A DNA stretch of 64,000 nt from a virus. Location: positions 25,635 through 89,634 of IMG/VR virus record IMGVR_UViG_3300022745_000023. One strand, 5' to 3'. How positions within the stretch are numbered: position 1 is the first letter of the stretch; the number at the start of each line of letters is the position of its first letter. The notes beneath the pieces are model-generated. The model searched no databases. It was not told where the DNA came from and saw only the letters and a list, made by a program, of their open reading frames with translations. Shown here piece by piece: positions 18,329-28,095 of the stretch. The translations under genes were made by a program, and so were the position numbers.

Positions 18329-21300
18329 ATGACGGACTATCCTGCTGGCTACTACAGCCGCTTTGACCCGAACAAGAATTACGAGCGGCACCTGTTCCGG
18401 GCCGGATACGTTCTGCAGAGCGCGGAACTCAACGAACTCCAAGAGAGTTCGCTGAACCGCATGCAGGGGATTTCGGATTCGTTGTTCAAGGATGGCAGCA
18501 TCATCCGCGACTGCGTGGTAGTGGTGGACCCGACGACCGGCGCGACCACCTGCAATTCGGGTGCGATCTATCTGCGCGGCGCGGTGCGTGGCATCCCCCC
18601 GCAGACGTTCACCATTCCGGTGGTCGGCACCATTGCGATTGGCATCCGTCTGATTGAGACGGTCGTCACCGAAACCGACGACCCGGACCTCAAAGACCCT
18701 GCGGTGGGCCTGCGCAACTATGCCCGTGCGGGGGCTGCGCGTTTGAAGCTGGAGCCTCAGTGGGGCTGGGATGGCGACGGATCGACGGCTGACTTCTTCC
18801 CCGTCTACACGGTCGATGGAGGCATTCTTCGCCCCAAGGAAGCGCCGCCGCAGATCGACTCGGTGACGCAGGCGATTGCCCGGTACGACCGAGACTCGTC
18901 GGGCGGGACGTATGTCGTCGCTGGCCTGAACTGCCAAATCCTGCCCGATGACGGGTCAAATCAGGTCTATTCGATCAGCGACGGCAGCGCTCGCGTGCGC
19001 GGCAATGGTGTGACGCTGAGCACTTCGCGTCGCGTCGTGATCGACCCGGCCCCGGACCTGCGGTACGTGGAGACGGAACCGCATCTGTCGAGCGGAACGT
19101 CATCGCAGCGCGTCAACTTGAACCTCTATCCGGTCAAAAACGTGGTGCTGGCGACGATCACCGCGCAGAAGACTGTAACGCTGACCCACGGGGCTTATTC
19201 CGGGGCGTCTGACGTTCTTCCCGATGCTTCGGTCCTCTCGATTGTCTCTGTCACGCAGGGAGCAACGACTTACGCGGCGACGACCGATTATCTGCTGACC
19301 GGCAACTCGGTTGATTGGTCCCCAGCGGGTGCTGAGCCTGCCACAGGCTCGACCTATTCGGTCACCTACAACTACATCACCTCAGTGACCCCGGACAGCG
19401 TGGATGCGTCCGGGCTGTACGTGACCGGCGCTCTTGCGGGCACGTTGATCCTCGTGTCGTACAACCAGTTCATGCCGCGCATCGACCGCATCTGCTTGGC
19501 CGACGACGGACAAGTGGTGTTCATCAAGGGGGTGTCGGCCAACGCGAATCCGATGGCCCCGATGGTCCCGGATTCGCTGCTGCCTTTGGCGACGATCACC
19601 CAGACTTGGGACGCGAATCGCTCGATTGACAATGACGGCGTGCGCGTGGTCCCGATGAAGGACTTGGCCGCGATCAATGCGCGGATCGACCACGTGCTTG
19701 GGCTGGTAGCCCAGCAGGGGCTGGAGTCGAACGTCCACAGCCGTGAAGCCAATGCGCTCAAGGGCCTGTTCACCGACCCGTTTCTTGATGATAGCCAGCG
19801 TGACGCCGGGATTGCGCAGACTGCTGCGATCTACAACGGCGTGCTGGCGCTGCCGATTACCGTCTCGGCAAGCGATTGCGATTCCCGTTCGCCGGGCACC
19901 GCTTCGACGATGGCCTCCAGCACCGAGGCAGTTGTCTCGCAAATCCTGCGCAGCAACTCCAAGAAGGTAAACCCCTACATGGCGTTCGCCCCGCTTCCGG
20001 CGGTGGCAACGCTCGATCCGTCGCTGGATCGCTGGGTCAACATCAACACGGTGTGGTCCAGCCCGATCACTCGCTTGATTGCCGGGGCGTGGACTTGGTT
20101 CAACCGCTCGAACCTGCTGGCGACTGTCTCCAGTCTCCCGTCGATGTTCCTGCGCAGCCGCACGATCAATTTCTCGCTGACCAATTTTGCGCCGAACGAG
20201 CCGATCTCGACAATCACGTTCGACGGAATCACCCTGTTGACGGCGGCTTACACGGCAGACGCTTCTGGCGCGGTTTCCGGATCGTTTACGATTCCTGCGA
20301 ACGTGCCGGTCGGCTCGAAACTAGTTGTGTTCAATGGCGCGTATGGCACCACTGCATCGGCCACCTACGTCGGGCAGGGGATCGACCAGATCACCACTCG
20401 CACGGTGGTCACGCAGCTTGCTCCGCGTTTCATTGACCCGCTGGCGGAAACCTTCACGCTTCCATCGTCGCGGCAGGTCAAGGCAATCGGCCTGTGGTTT
20501 ACAGCCAAGGGGACGAAGCCCGTTGAGGTCCAGATTCGGGAAACCAGCAATGGCGTTCCGACCCAGACCGTTCTCACCTCGGCCCGGCTGGCTGCGTCCG
20601 CCATCAGCCTGAGCGACGAAACGATCTTCACCTTCTCGAACCCGGTGTTCCTGCAGGGCGGCGTCGAATACGCGATGGTCGTGCTCACCGATGATGCCAC
20701 GACCGCTTGCGCGACTGCGGTTCTGGGCGAGTTCGACAACGTCAACCACAAGTGGGTGACGGAGCAGCCTTACCAGATTGGCGTGCTGCTTTCCTCGTCG
20801 AACGCCTCGACGTGGACCGCTCACCAAGCCGAGGATTTGACGTTCCGCATCTACGCGGCAACCTTCACCGAAACCACCAAGACGGTGTCGCTCGGAACGG
20901 TCGCGGTGACCGGGGCTACGGACCTGTCGATCCGCGCCAACGTCGAAAACCCGTCGAGCGCGACCGACTGCACGTTCCTGCTGCAGCTTCCCGATGGCTC
21001 GACGCAGCGCGTGGTGGCCGATCAGGTAGTGCAGCTTGCGTCTCCGGTGACCGGCAACGTCACCGTGTCCGCCGAGTTGAAGGGGACCACTTCTGCCGCG
21101 CCGATTTTGCACCGCGACGTGCAGTTGGTGTGGGGCGTCATCAGTTCCACCGGCTCTTACGTTTCGCGTGCGATTCCGGGCGGCACCAGCGTCAAGCTGA
21201 GGGTCATTATCGAAGTGCTGCTTCCGGGCTCGTCCTCGATTGCAGTGTCTGGCAAGGGCACGACCGATGGTTCTTGGACGGCGCTATCGCAGACCGCTTC

Positions 21301-21442
21301 GCAGATCATGCAGGACGGCTGGGTCGAGTTGACCTATGAATCGGCCTTGCTCACCAAGACGCTGTTCCAAGCCAAAATCGACCTGAGTGGTTCGTCGCAG
21401 TATCGCCCGCAGGCGCGCAACCTGCGCGTGCTGGTCGTCTGA
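18329..21442 (+). CDS. Large baseplate/fibre protein (DUF4815-like)
   Basis: YYSRFDP..Y...LFRAG..LQSAELNELQ N-terminus; GLFTDPFLDD, DPLAETF motifs. Confidence 0.8.
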   Translation: MTDYPAGYYSRFDPNKNYERHLFRAGYVLQSAELNELQESSLNRMQGISDSLFKDGSIIRDCVVVVDPTTGATTCNSGAIYLRGAVRGIPPQTFTIPVVGTIAIGIRLIETVVTETDDPDLKDPAVGLRNYARAGAARLKLEPQWGWDGDGSTADFFPVYTVDGGILRPKEAPPQIDSVTQAIARYDRDSSGGTYVVAGLNCQILPDDGSNQVYSISDGSARVRGNGVTLSTSRRVVIDPAPDLRYVETEPHLSSGTSSQRVNLNLYPVKNVVLATITAQKTVTLTHGAYSGASDVLPDASVLSIVSVTQGATTYAATTDYLLTGNSVDWSPAGAEPATGSTYSVTYNYITSVTPDSVDASGLYVTGALAGTLILVSYNQFMPRIDRICLADDGQVVFIKGVSANANPMAPMVPDSLLPLATITQTWDANRSIDNDGVRVVPMKDLAAINARIDHVLGLVAQQGLESNVHSREANALKGLFTDPFLDDSQRDAGIAQTAAIYNGVLALPITVSASDCDSRSPGTASTMASSTEAVVSQILRSNSKKVNPYMAFAPLPAVATLDPSLDRWVNINTVWSSPITRLIAGAWTWFNRSNLLATVSSLPSMFLRSRTINFSLTNFAPNEPISTITFDGITLLTAAYTADASGAVSGSFTIPANVPVGSKLVVFNGAYGTTASATYVGQGIDQITTRTVVTQLAPRFIDPLAETFTLPSSRQVKAIGLWFTAKGTKPVEVQIRETSNGVPTQTVLTSARLAASAISLSDETIFTFSNPVFLQGGVEYAMVVLTDDATTACATAVLGEFDNVNHKWVTEQPYQIGVLLSSSNASTWTAHQAEDLTFRIYAATFTETTKTVSLGTVAVTGATDLSIRANVENPSSATDCTFLLQLPDGSTQRVVADQVVQLASPVTGNVTVSAELKGTTSAAPILHRDVQLVWGVISSTGSYVSRAIPGGTSVKLRVIIEVLLPGSSSIAVSGKGTTDGSWTALSQTASQIMQDGWVELTYESALLTKTLFQAKIDLSGSSQYRPQARNLRVLVV

Positions 21443-21460
21443 CCGGAGGAGTAATGGTCA

Positions 21461-22264
21461 ATGATCGACAACAAGACGACGAACTTCGCTATCCCGCTTC
21501 CTAACGCCGGGAATAATTTGTCGGATGACGTGCTTCGTCTTGTTGCCGGGCTAACGCTGGTCGACACGCTGCTGCTGGCGCGTCCGACGACCACTGCTGT
21601 GAATGCCGCGATCTCAAGCGCGGTGGCATCGCTGGTGAACTCGTCCCCCGCTGCTCTGGACACGCTGTCCGAACTGGCGGCGGCGCTGGGCAACGACGCG
21701 AACTTTGCCACCACGGTGACCAACGCGCTGGCCGCAAAGCTGGACAAGTCGGGCGGAACGATGACTGGCGTCATCACGTTCGCTTCTGCCCAGCGGGTCG
21801 CAGCGGCCATCGTGACCGGCCTCGCTGCGGTCGCGACTTCCGGTGCCTATGCCGACCTGTCTGGGAAGCCCACGCTTCCGTCCGGTGCGATTGTCGGGAC
21901 GACCGACAGCCAGACCGTGACCAACAAGCGCGTCACCCCGCGCGCACTAACGACCGGATCGAACTCGATAATCACGCCGACTGGCGATAATGCGGATCAA
22001 TTCATTCTGAGTGGTCTGGCGGTGGCGGCGAGCATAGCGGTTCCATCCGGCATTCCCACCGATGGGCAGCGCTTGATGTTGCGCATCAAGGACGACGGAA
22101 CCTCGCGGGCGCTCACTTGGACGACTTCGTCGGGCGGCTATCGGGCCATGAGCGGGGTTTCCCTTCCTGCCGCAACGACGGCAGGAAAGTGGACCTATAT
22201 CGGCTGCATCTGGAATGCGGCGGATTCGTTCTGGGACGTCGTCGGCGTCATCACGCAGCCGTAA
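21461..22264 (+). CDS. Tail fibre protein
   Basis: SPAALDTLSELAAALGNDANFATT and KLDKSGGTMTG fibre motifs. Confidence 0.85.
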   Translation: MIDNKTTNFAIPLPNAGNNLSDDVLRLVAGLTLVDTLLLARPTTTAVNAAISSAVASLVNSSPAALDTLSELAAALGNDANFATTVTNALAAKLDKSGGTMTGVITFASAQRVAAAIVTGLAAVATSGAYADLSGKPTLPSGAIVGTTDSQTVTNKRVTPRALTTGSNSIITPTGDNADQFILSGLAVAASIAVPSGIPTDGQRLMLRIKDDGTSRALTWTTSSGGYRAMSGVSLPAATTAGKWTYIGCIWNAADSFWDVVGVITQP

Positions 22265-22278
22265 CGTGGAGGTGATTT

Positions 22279-22470
22279 GTGGCTGATCCTGTCGAGGCAC
22301 GGTGCGCGGTTGTCCAGTCTGCGGACAATGTCGTGGTCAACATCATCGTTGCGCTTCCTTCTGACCCTGTGCCGGATGGCTGCTTTCTGGTCGAAGTGAT
22401 GAACGGGCAGGACTGCAACATGGGCTGGGTCTATGACGGTGCGAACTTCGTCGCGCCGAGTGCTGGCTGA
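22279..22470 (+). CDS. Small fibre-associated/assembly protein
   Basis: VVVNIIVA...GWVYDGANF motif typical next to Gly-rich fibres. Confidence 0.6.
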   Translation: MADPVEARCAVVQSADNVVVNIIVALPSDPVPDGCFLVEVMNGQDCNMGWVYDGANFVAPSAG

Positions 22471-24386
22471 TGGCGACCAAGACCGTCCTCCTGACGTCCG
22501 GGACGGCATGGCCAGTTCCCTTCGACCTTGACCCGGCTGGGAGCTTCACTGTCACCTGCATCGGCGGCGGTGCGGGCGGTGGCGGCGTTGCGGGCGGTGG
22601 CGGTGGCGGCGGCGGATGGTCGCGCTCGCAAATTTCGCTCAATGGCCTGACTCCCGGTTCTTCGGTCTGCTATTACGCAATTGGCGGCGGCGGCGGCGCG
22701 GGCAACTCTGTCTCAAACGGCGGTAGCGGCGGCGATACGTGGTTCAACAAGTCTGCAAATACCGCGCCTTCGTTTACGACTGATGGCGCGGTGGCGCGTG
22801 GTGGCACTGGTGGCAACACAACAGTTGGTGTTGGTGGCGCTGGTGGCAATGCGGCTTCTGGTGTTGGCCAAATTAAGTCGAGTGGTGGTAGCGGCGGTAA
22901 CGCGAGCGGCGGCGGCGGCGCTGCTGGCAGCATTCTTGGAAATGGCGGTAGTGGCTCTGCTGGGGCTGGTGCATCCTTTAACGCAGGTTCAGGCGGTGGC
23001 GGCGTTGGCGGCAATGGTTTTGTGTTTGCGGACCAATATACCGGCGGCAACGGTGGCCTAACCTTTTCTGGCGCTGCTGGCGGTGCTGGTTCCGCAAGCG
23101 GGTCTGGCGGAGCCGGTGCAAATGGTGGCGGCGGCGCGGGCGGCGGTTACGATTCCGTTTCGGACTTTTCGTATCCGGGTGGCAATGGCGGCAGCGGAAC
23201 TGACACGCTTCTGTCCACTGGCGCTTATGTCGGGTCTGGCGGCGGCGGTGGCGGTGGTGCTGGGGCAGGGGATGGCGGCGCTGCTGGCGGTAATGGCGGC
23301 TTGTACGGCGGCGGCGGCGGCGGCGGCGGCTGGAGCAGTGCCAGTGGCGGTGCTGGTGCGCAAGGCGCGATCATCATCACTTACACGGTGCGCACGCTCA
23401 AGACGATCATCCTGACGTCTGGCACAACGTGGACGCTTCCTCCCGATATTGACACGCAGTCGCTGGCTTCCGTCACCTGCATCGGCGGCGGCGGTGGCGG
23501 TGCGCGCCGCGCTGATGGTTCAAGTGGCGCGAACGGTGCTGGTGGTGGCGGCGCTTTTGCGCAGTCTCTTGTTTCGCTCAGCGGCATGACGCCGGGCTCG
23601 TCGTCCTGCTACATCAACGTCGGTGCGGGCGGTGCTGGGGCATCTGTTTCAAACGGTTCCGGTGGCAACGGCGGCGACACGTGGTTCAACAAGAGCGCGA
23701 ACGCTGCCCCGATTTCGTCCACAAACGGTGCTTTGGCAAGGGCCGGTAATGGCGCATCGGGAACGACTGGCGGGTTCGGTGGGTTGTCCTCGACGAGCGT
23801 CGGGACCACCGTCTATTCCGGGGGTTCTGGCGGCACAGGTCAGACCACAGGCACAGGTTCTGGCGGCGCTGGCGGCGGTTCTGCTGCATCGTTGCGCGGT
23901 GTTGGCAGCGCGGGTGCTGCGGTTGTTTCTCGTGCGCGCGGTTACGGAAGTGGTGGCGGCGGTGTCGGCGGTGCTGGTTTTTCTGGTGGCAGCAGCGGTG
24001 GCAACGGGGGGCTAACCTATAAGGGCGCGGCTGGCGGCGTTGGCGCAACCGTTGATGCGGCGGTTGGCGGTTCCGGGGCGGACGGCGGCGGCGGCGGCGG
24101 CGGCGGCGGCGCATCTGGCACGGGTGGCGCAGGCGGCACGGGTGGCGCTGGTACTGAGTTCACCCTGACTGCGGGCGGCACGGCTGGTGCAGGCGGCGGA
24201 GGGGGCGGCGGAGGTGGCTCCAGCACCCTTGGCGGCGCTGGTGGCTCCGGTGGCCTGTACGGTGCTGGTGGGGCGTCTGGCGGCGGTTCTGGCTCGATTT
24301 CCGGCAATGGCGGGAACGGCGCGCAGGGGGTGATCATCATTCAGTACGCAGCGCTTGTTCCAACCGGGCTGCTCCTGATGTTCTGA
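22470..24386 (+). CDS. Glycine-rich receptor-binding adhesin, internally duplicated
   Basis: Two modules starting KTVLLTSGTAW / KTIILTSGTTW, each ending GAQG.III.Y; polyglycine tracts. Confidence 0.75.
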   Translation: MATKTVLLTSGTAWPVPFDLDPAGSFTVTCIGGGAGGGGVAGGGGGGGGWSRSQISLNGLTPGSSVCYYAIGGGGGAGNSVSNGGSGGDTWFNKSANTAPSFTTDGAVARGGTGGNTTVGVGGAGGNAASGVGQIKSSGGSGGNASGGGGAAGSILGNGGSGSAGAGASFNAGSGGGGVGGNGFVFADQYTGGNGGLTFSGAAGGAGSASGSGGAGANGGGGAGGGYDSVSDFSYPGGNGGSGTDTLLSTGAYVGSGGGGGGGAGAGDGGAAGGNGGLYGGGGGGGGWSSASGGAGAQGAIIITYTVRTLKTIILTSGTTWTLPPDIDTQSLASVTCIGGGGGGARRADGSSGANGAGGGGAFAQSLVSLSGMTPGSSSCYINVGAGGAGASVSNGSGGNGGDTWFNKSANAAPISSTNGALARAGNGASGTTGGFGGLSSTSVGTTVYSGGSGGTGQTTGTGSGGAGGGSAASLRGVGSAGAAVVSRARGYGSGGGGVGGAGFSGGSSGGNGGLTYKGAAGGVGATVDAAVGGSGADGGGGGGGGGASGTGGAGGTGGAGTEFTLTAGGTAGAGGGGGGGGGSSTLGGAGGSGGLYGAGGASGGGSGSISGNGGNGAQGVIIIQYAALVPTGLLLMF

Positions 24387-24401
24387 TACCATCGCCGTCG
24401 C

Positions 24402-24476
24402 GGCGCGATGGCAGAATGGCTCATGCACTGGATTGCAAATCCAGCTATCTCGGTTCGATTCCGGGTCGCGCCTCCA
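24402..24476 (+). tRNA. tRNA-Cys (GCA)
   Basis: Acceptor GGCGCGA/TCGCGCC, anticodon arm CTGGA-TTGCAAA-TCCAG, GTTCGA T-loop, encoded CCA. Confidence 0.95.
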
Positions 24477-24538
24477 AGCCGGGATGGTTGACCGGGCGGT
24501 TTATCCGCCGAAACCCGCGCCAATCCTCACTCTCGAAC

Positions 24539-24550
24539 GGATTGCAAATC
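24539..24550. mobile_element. Putative attP core GGATTGCAAATC
   Basis: 12-bp exact copy of the tRNA-Cys anticodon region (24430-24441), 155 bp upstream of integrase. Confidence 0.55.
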
Positions 24551-24704
24551 GTTTCGTTTCCCTGAATAAACCACATTATTGCGGCCTACAGCGTCATTTC
24601 TGAACCTGCGGGCTATAGCTTTCCGCGTTTCACAACCTGTAAAATCCTACCGGGGCGGTCAAAACCGCTCGTGGGGCGTTACTCTTGTGGGATAAGGAAC
24701 TGAC

Positions 24705-25811
24705 ATGGCAACGTGGCGGCAACGATTAAGCGGTTCTTATGAGTTCACGGTGAAGCGCAAGGGCCTGTTGCCCAAGCCCTTGTCGCTGACCTTCGATGAT
24801 CTGGAAAAGGGCAAGGAATACTGCGCCAAGCTGGAAGCGATGCTCGACAAGGGAATAATCCCGCCGGAGTTTGCGGTGAAGGCGGTGGGGTCGGTTGACC
24901 AGCTTGTAGATAAATGGGGCGATGAAGCGCCAATCTCGGAATCTGACCGCCATATGCTGCTGGCGCTCGCAGCGCGCGTTAAGGGCGCCTCTCTGGCCGA
25001 TGTGGACTATCGCTGGTGTGAGGACTGGATTTCGGCCATGAAGCGCGTGGACCGGCTCTCTCCGTCCACCATCAGGCATTACGTGGGCGTTCTGGCCCGG
25101 TGCTTCGATTGGGGTGGCAAGCGCCACCCGGAACTGGCTGTGAATCCCCTTCGGATGCTCCCCAAGGGCTATTCCTCCTATACCTCGGCAGACGTAAAGG
25201 AGGCTGGGATTGAGCGCGATGATGTGGAGCGCGACCGGCGGCTGGAAGATGGTGAAGAAGATCGGATTCGCGCCGTGCTGGCCGGGCAAAGCAAGACGCG
25301 GCAGCCGCCGCCGGGGTTCGCCCGCCGGGCGGAACTGGCCTTCATGTTTGACCTCGCTCTGGAAACGGCCATGCGGATGCGGGAAATTTTCACGCTGACT
25401 GTCGATCAGATTGATCTTGAGAAGCGGACGATTTTTCTCGACCGAACCAAGAACGGGGATAAGCGCGCGGTGCCTATGAGTTCCGTTGTGCGCGCGCTGG
25501 CCCCTGCCTATCTTGCGCGAATCCCGCCCGGCGGGCGGGCCTTTCCCTCGATCTGGGATGGCGATCTGGCGGTGAAGGCTCTCAAGTCAACATCGACCCG
25601 CATTTCGTCACAATGGACGCGCATCTTCGATACCGCCGGTTGTGATGGCTTGAACTTTCACGACCTGCGCCATGAGGCTACAAGCCGCTTGTTCGAGCGA
25701 ACGACTCTCGATCCGGTGTCGATCAGCCGGATCACAGGCCACAAAGACCCGCGTGTCCTGCGCCGATACACAAACCTGCGCGGAAGCGATCTATCAGACC
25801 GGCTTTGGTGA
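24705..25811 (+). CDS. int: Tyrosine integrase
   Basis: ETAMRMREI (R), TKNG (K), FHDLRHEATSRL (HxxR), TGHKD (H), RRYTN (Y). Confidence 0.95.
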   Translation: MATWRQRLSGSYEFTVKRKGLLPKPLSLTFDDLEKGKEYCAKLEAMLDKGIIPPEFAVKAVGSVDQLVDKWGDEAPISESDRHMLLALAARVKGASLADVDYRWCEDWISAMKRVDRLSPSTIRHYVGVLARCFDWGGKRHPELAVNPLRMLPKGYSSYTSADVKEAGIERDDVERDRRLEDGEEDRIRAVLAGQSKTRQPPPGFARRAELAFMFDLALETAMRMREIFTLTVDQIDLEKRTIFLDRTKNGDKRAVPMSSVVRALAPAYLARIPPGGRAFPSIWDGDLAVKALKSTSTRISSQWTRIFDTAGCDGLNFHDLRHEATSRLFERTTLDPVSISRITGHKDPRVLRRYTNLRGSDLSDRLW

Positions 25812-25826
25812 TCGTCTGGTAACAAC

Positions 25827-25858
25827 AAGGCCCCTTGATGATCGTCAAGGGCCTTTTC
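25827..25858. terminator. Hairpin terminator between convergent int and xis
   Basis: aaggccccttgatgatcgtcaagggcctttt. Confidence 0.65.
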
Positions 25859-25865
25859 GCTTACA

Positions 25866-26129
25866 TCAAACCAGTGCCGGCAGCTTGCGGCGCGCTCGGC
25901 CCGGCTTGTTGGCGATGATGCGGCGCGCGGCTTGCGCGGCGGTAATTCGGTTATCGAGGTAGCGGGCAACATCGCTTTCGCGGAATACCCAGCCCCGGCC
26001 TACCTTGCAGGCGGGGAGGTCGCCCTCCCGCGCCAGCTTGGCAACAAATCCGGGGCTGGCGATTAGCCTTTGCGCTGCCTCTCGCAGCGTCAAGGTTCGC
26101 AGCCCCGGCGCATCATCATGCCGTGCCAT
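25866..26129 (-). CDS. xis: Excisionase (HTH_17/MerR-like)
   Basis: TLTLREAAQRL...GDLPACKVGRGWVFRESDV; adjacent to int. Confidence 0.8.
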   Translation of the reverse strand: MARHDDAPGLRTLTLREAAQRLIASPGFVAKLAREGDLPACKVGRGWVFRESDVARYLDNRITAAQAARRIIANKPGRARRKLPALV

Positions 26130-26382
26130 GATCCTGCACATCGCCGGCATGGGCGGTGGTGGATTCAATGACGTTATCGCGAAATTTGAATGCCTTGAAT
26201 TTCTTCCGCATGTCCTTGAGGCGCGCGATTTCCGCCTTGGACAGTTCATCGAATTTGCGCTTGGCTGCGCGCAGGCCCTTGAAAACAGAGACATTGAGTT
26301 CGGGGCTTTTGGAATAGAAGCCGGTTTTCTGTTCTTCGGTGGTGATGCCGGTCGCAATATCGACTCGATAGTAGATCGTCAT
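26116..26382 (-). CDS. Hypothetical protein
   Basis: MTIYYRVDIATG..., SD AAGGAG, operon continuity. Confidence 0.6.
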   Translation of the reverse strand: MTIYYRVDIATGITTEEQKTGFYSKSPELNVSVFKGLRAAKRKFDELSKAEIARLKDMRKKFKAFKFRDNVIESTTAHAGDVQDHGTA

Positions 26383-26392
26383 GAATCGCTCC

Positions 26393-26845
26393 TTACTTGC
26401 CGGTGCTGCCGAAACCGCCTTCGCCGCGCGCGGTCGAGGACAGTTCTTCGGATTCAATGAAGGCCACTTGCTGGACCGGGATGACCATCGCCTGCGCGAT
26501 GCGCTCGCCGCTTGCGATGGGTTGGCCATGCGACGCATCGCAGGTCAGCTTGACCATCACCTCGCCGCGAAAATCACTGTCGATCACGCCGACGCAGTTG
26601 GCGAGCCGGAGGCCATGCTTGTAGGCGTGCCCGCTGCGGCCAAAAACAAGCATCACATGGCCATCGGGAACCTCGAAGGCGAGGCCGGTGCGGAACAGCC
26701 CGGTATTCGGGGCGGCCCGATTGGCGCCGGCAATGAAAATGCCTTCGATGGCGTGCAGGTCGAAACACGCTGCCCCCGGCGTGGCATAGACGGGCATCTT
26801 GGCGTCGGGGTGAAGGCGCTTCACCTTGAGGGGCAGATTACCCAT
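26393..26845 (-). CDS. dut: dUTPase (trimeric)
   Basis: ACFDL, GRSG, GVIDSDFRGE, ERIAQ, RGEGGFGSTG motifs. Confidence 0.97.
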   Translation of the reverse strand: MGNLPLKVKRLHPDAKMPVYATPGAACFDLHAIEGIFIAGANRAAPNTGLFRTGLAFEVPDGHVMLVFGRSGHAYKHGLRLANCVGVIDSDFRGEVMVKLTCDASHGQPIASGERIAQAMVIPVQQVAFIESEELSSTARGEGGFGSTGK

Positions 26846-27203
26846 TGGCGGCTTCCTCCGCTGCGGCGCGCTTGGTGGAGACCATTTCCCCCAGCTTGTG
26901 CAAGTCGGCGCTGCGCTGCCCTTCAACAATCACATCGCGCAATTCTTCATCGGTCAGGCCGACCGTAAAGGCTGCGTTCACGGCGTTGCTCAAAAACAAT
27001 TGCGCGGCGAGTTTGCGCGCGCCCTCATCTTGCAGAAATTCCGTAGCGAAAAAAGTCGCAACCCCGATAAGCGCGGGGAACGCATAGGTTGTGCTTTCGC
27101 CGCCGATGGCATTGCCAATCAAACCCGCGATACGCACCGTTTCATCCGTCGCTTTCGCAATGACTTCCGCACTCAATTGCGGCTGCTGATTTTCAGTTTC
27201 CAT
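26838..27203 (-). CDS. Hypothetical protein
   Basis: METENQQ..., overlapping neighbours. Confidence 0.55.
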   Translation of the reverse strand: METENQQPQLSAEVIAKATDETVRIAGLIGNAIGGESTTYAFPALIGVATFFATEFLQDEGARKLAAQLFLSNAVNAAFTVGLTDEELRDVIVEGQRSADLHKLGEMVSTKRAAAEEAANG

Positions 27204-27504
27204 AGGTTTGCTCCAACTTCTGCTTGGTAAGTTCAAGGAGTTCGAGTTCGGTGATGCCGTACTCGCGCTCGAATGCTCTGCGGCCCATACCGTGAAGGCC
27301 GGTGTCGCCGCGATGGTGTTCTGGACAAAGACCGACGACGTCATAGTTACTTGCCCTGCGCCCGACGCCAGCCCTTGTTCGCAGATGGTGAATTTCAGCA
27401 GGAGTTGCGTCAAACCCAAGGTGGTCGCATAGGGCGCAACCCAAGTCCGCTACTCGCCCCATGTGCCGCTTTTCTGCTGCGGTGGCACTTCCACGCTTAG
27501 ACAT
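27193..27504 (-). CDS. Ref-like (recombination enhancement) HNH nuclease
   Basis: HMGRVADLGCALC...EIHH.R...LCPEHHRG..GLH. Confidence 0.8.
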   Translation of the reverse strand: MSKRGSATAAEKRHMGRVADLGCALCDHLGFDATPAEIHHLRTRAGVGRRASNYDVVGLCPEHHRGDTGLHGMGRRAFEREYGITELELLELTKQKLEQTYGN

Positions 27505-28036
27505 GTCCCCAACTTCTTCCATTTTTTATGCGCGACACCTGCGTCGTGCTGATTCCATACTTTTTGGCCAGTGCTATCCCTGTTTCATTGCTTTCGCGGA
27601 TAGCGACTACGTCTCTCTTACCTATTTTGACCATGCGATGCGCTTCGCCATGCAAGTAACGACCATGCTCTAGACGGTCACGGTTGTTTTCTGCTTGAGT
27701 GCCCCAGCGAAGGTTGTCAGGACGATTGTTGGACGGGTCGCCATCGTTGTGACACGCCTGCTCGCCATCCTGCGGCTCCCCCTTAAAAGCTAAAAGAACA
27801 AGGCGGGCTATATGGACGTTAAACCGCTGTCGATTTACCCCAAGATGAACAACGAGGTGCCCATACTTATCTCCCTTACATGGAGATAAGACCTTTCCCT
27901 TGTAGTGCTGTTTGACTACTTTCCCAGCAACGGCGGAAAACTTCTCAACCTCTCTGTCCTTGGAGCGTATTCGCCCAAAGGATGAAGCCTCATAGTTTTC
28001 TCCGTAGCCGGGAATTAGTCTCCATCTTTCGTTCAT
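27497..28036 (-). CDS. NUMOD4-HNH homing endonuclease
   Basis: WRLIPGY..YEASSFGRIRS NUMOD4; CHNDGDPSNNRPDNLRWGT..EN; lower GC. Confidence 0.92.
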   Translation of the reverse strand: MNERWRLIPGYGENYEASSFGRIRSKDREVEKFSAVAGKVVKQHYKGKVLSPCKGDKYGHLVVHLGVNRQRFNVHIARLVLLAFKGEPQDGEQACHNDGDPSNNRPDNLRWGTQAENNRDRLEHGRYLHGEAHRMVKIGKRDVVAIRESNETGIALAKKYGISTTQVSRIKNGRSWGHV

Positions 28037-28095
28037 GCAACCAAACCTTGCAAAACAGAATTACGTGTTTTTTTAAGAGGCCACGCTCCCCTCAA

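Noticed and set aside
21461-24386. Diversity-generating retroelement or invertible fibre cassette
   Set aside because: No reverse transcriptase or invertase in the window; the duplicated modules differ at all base types, not only adenines
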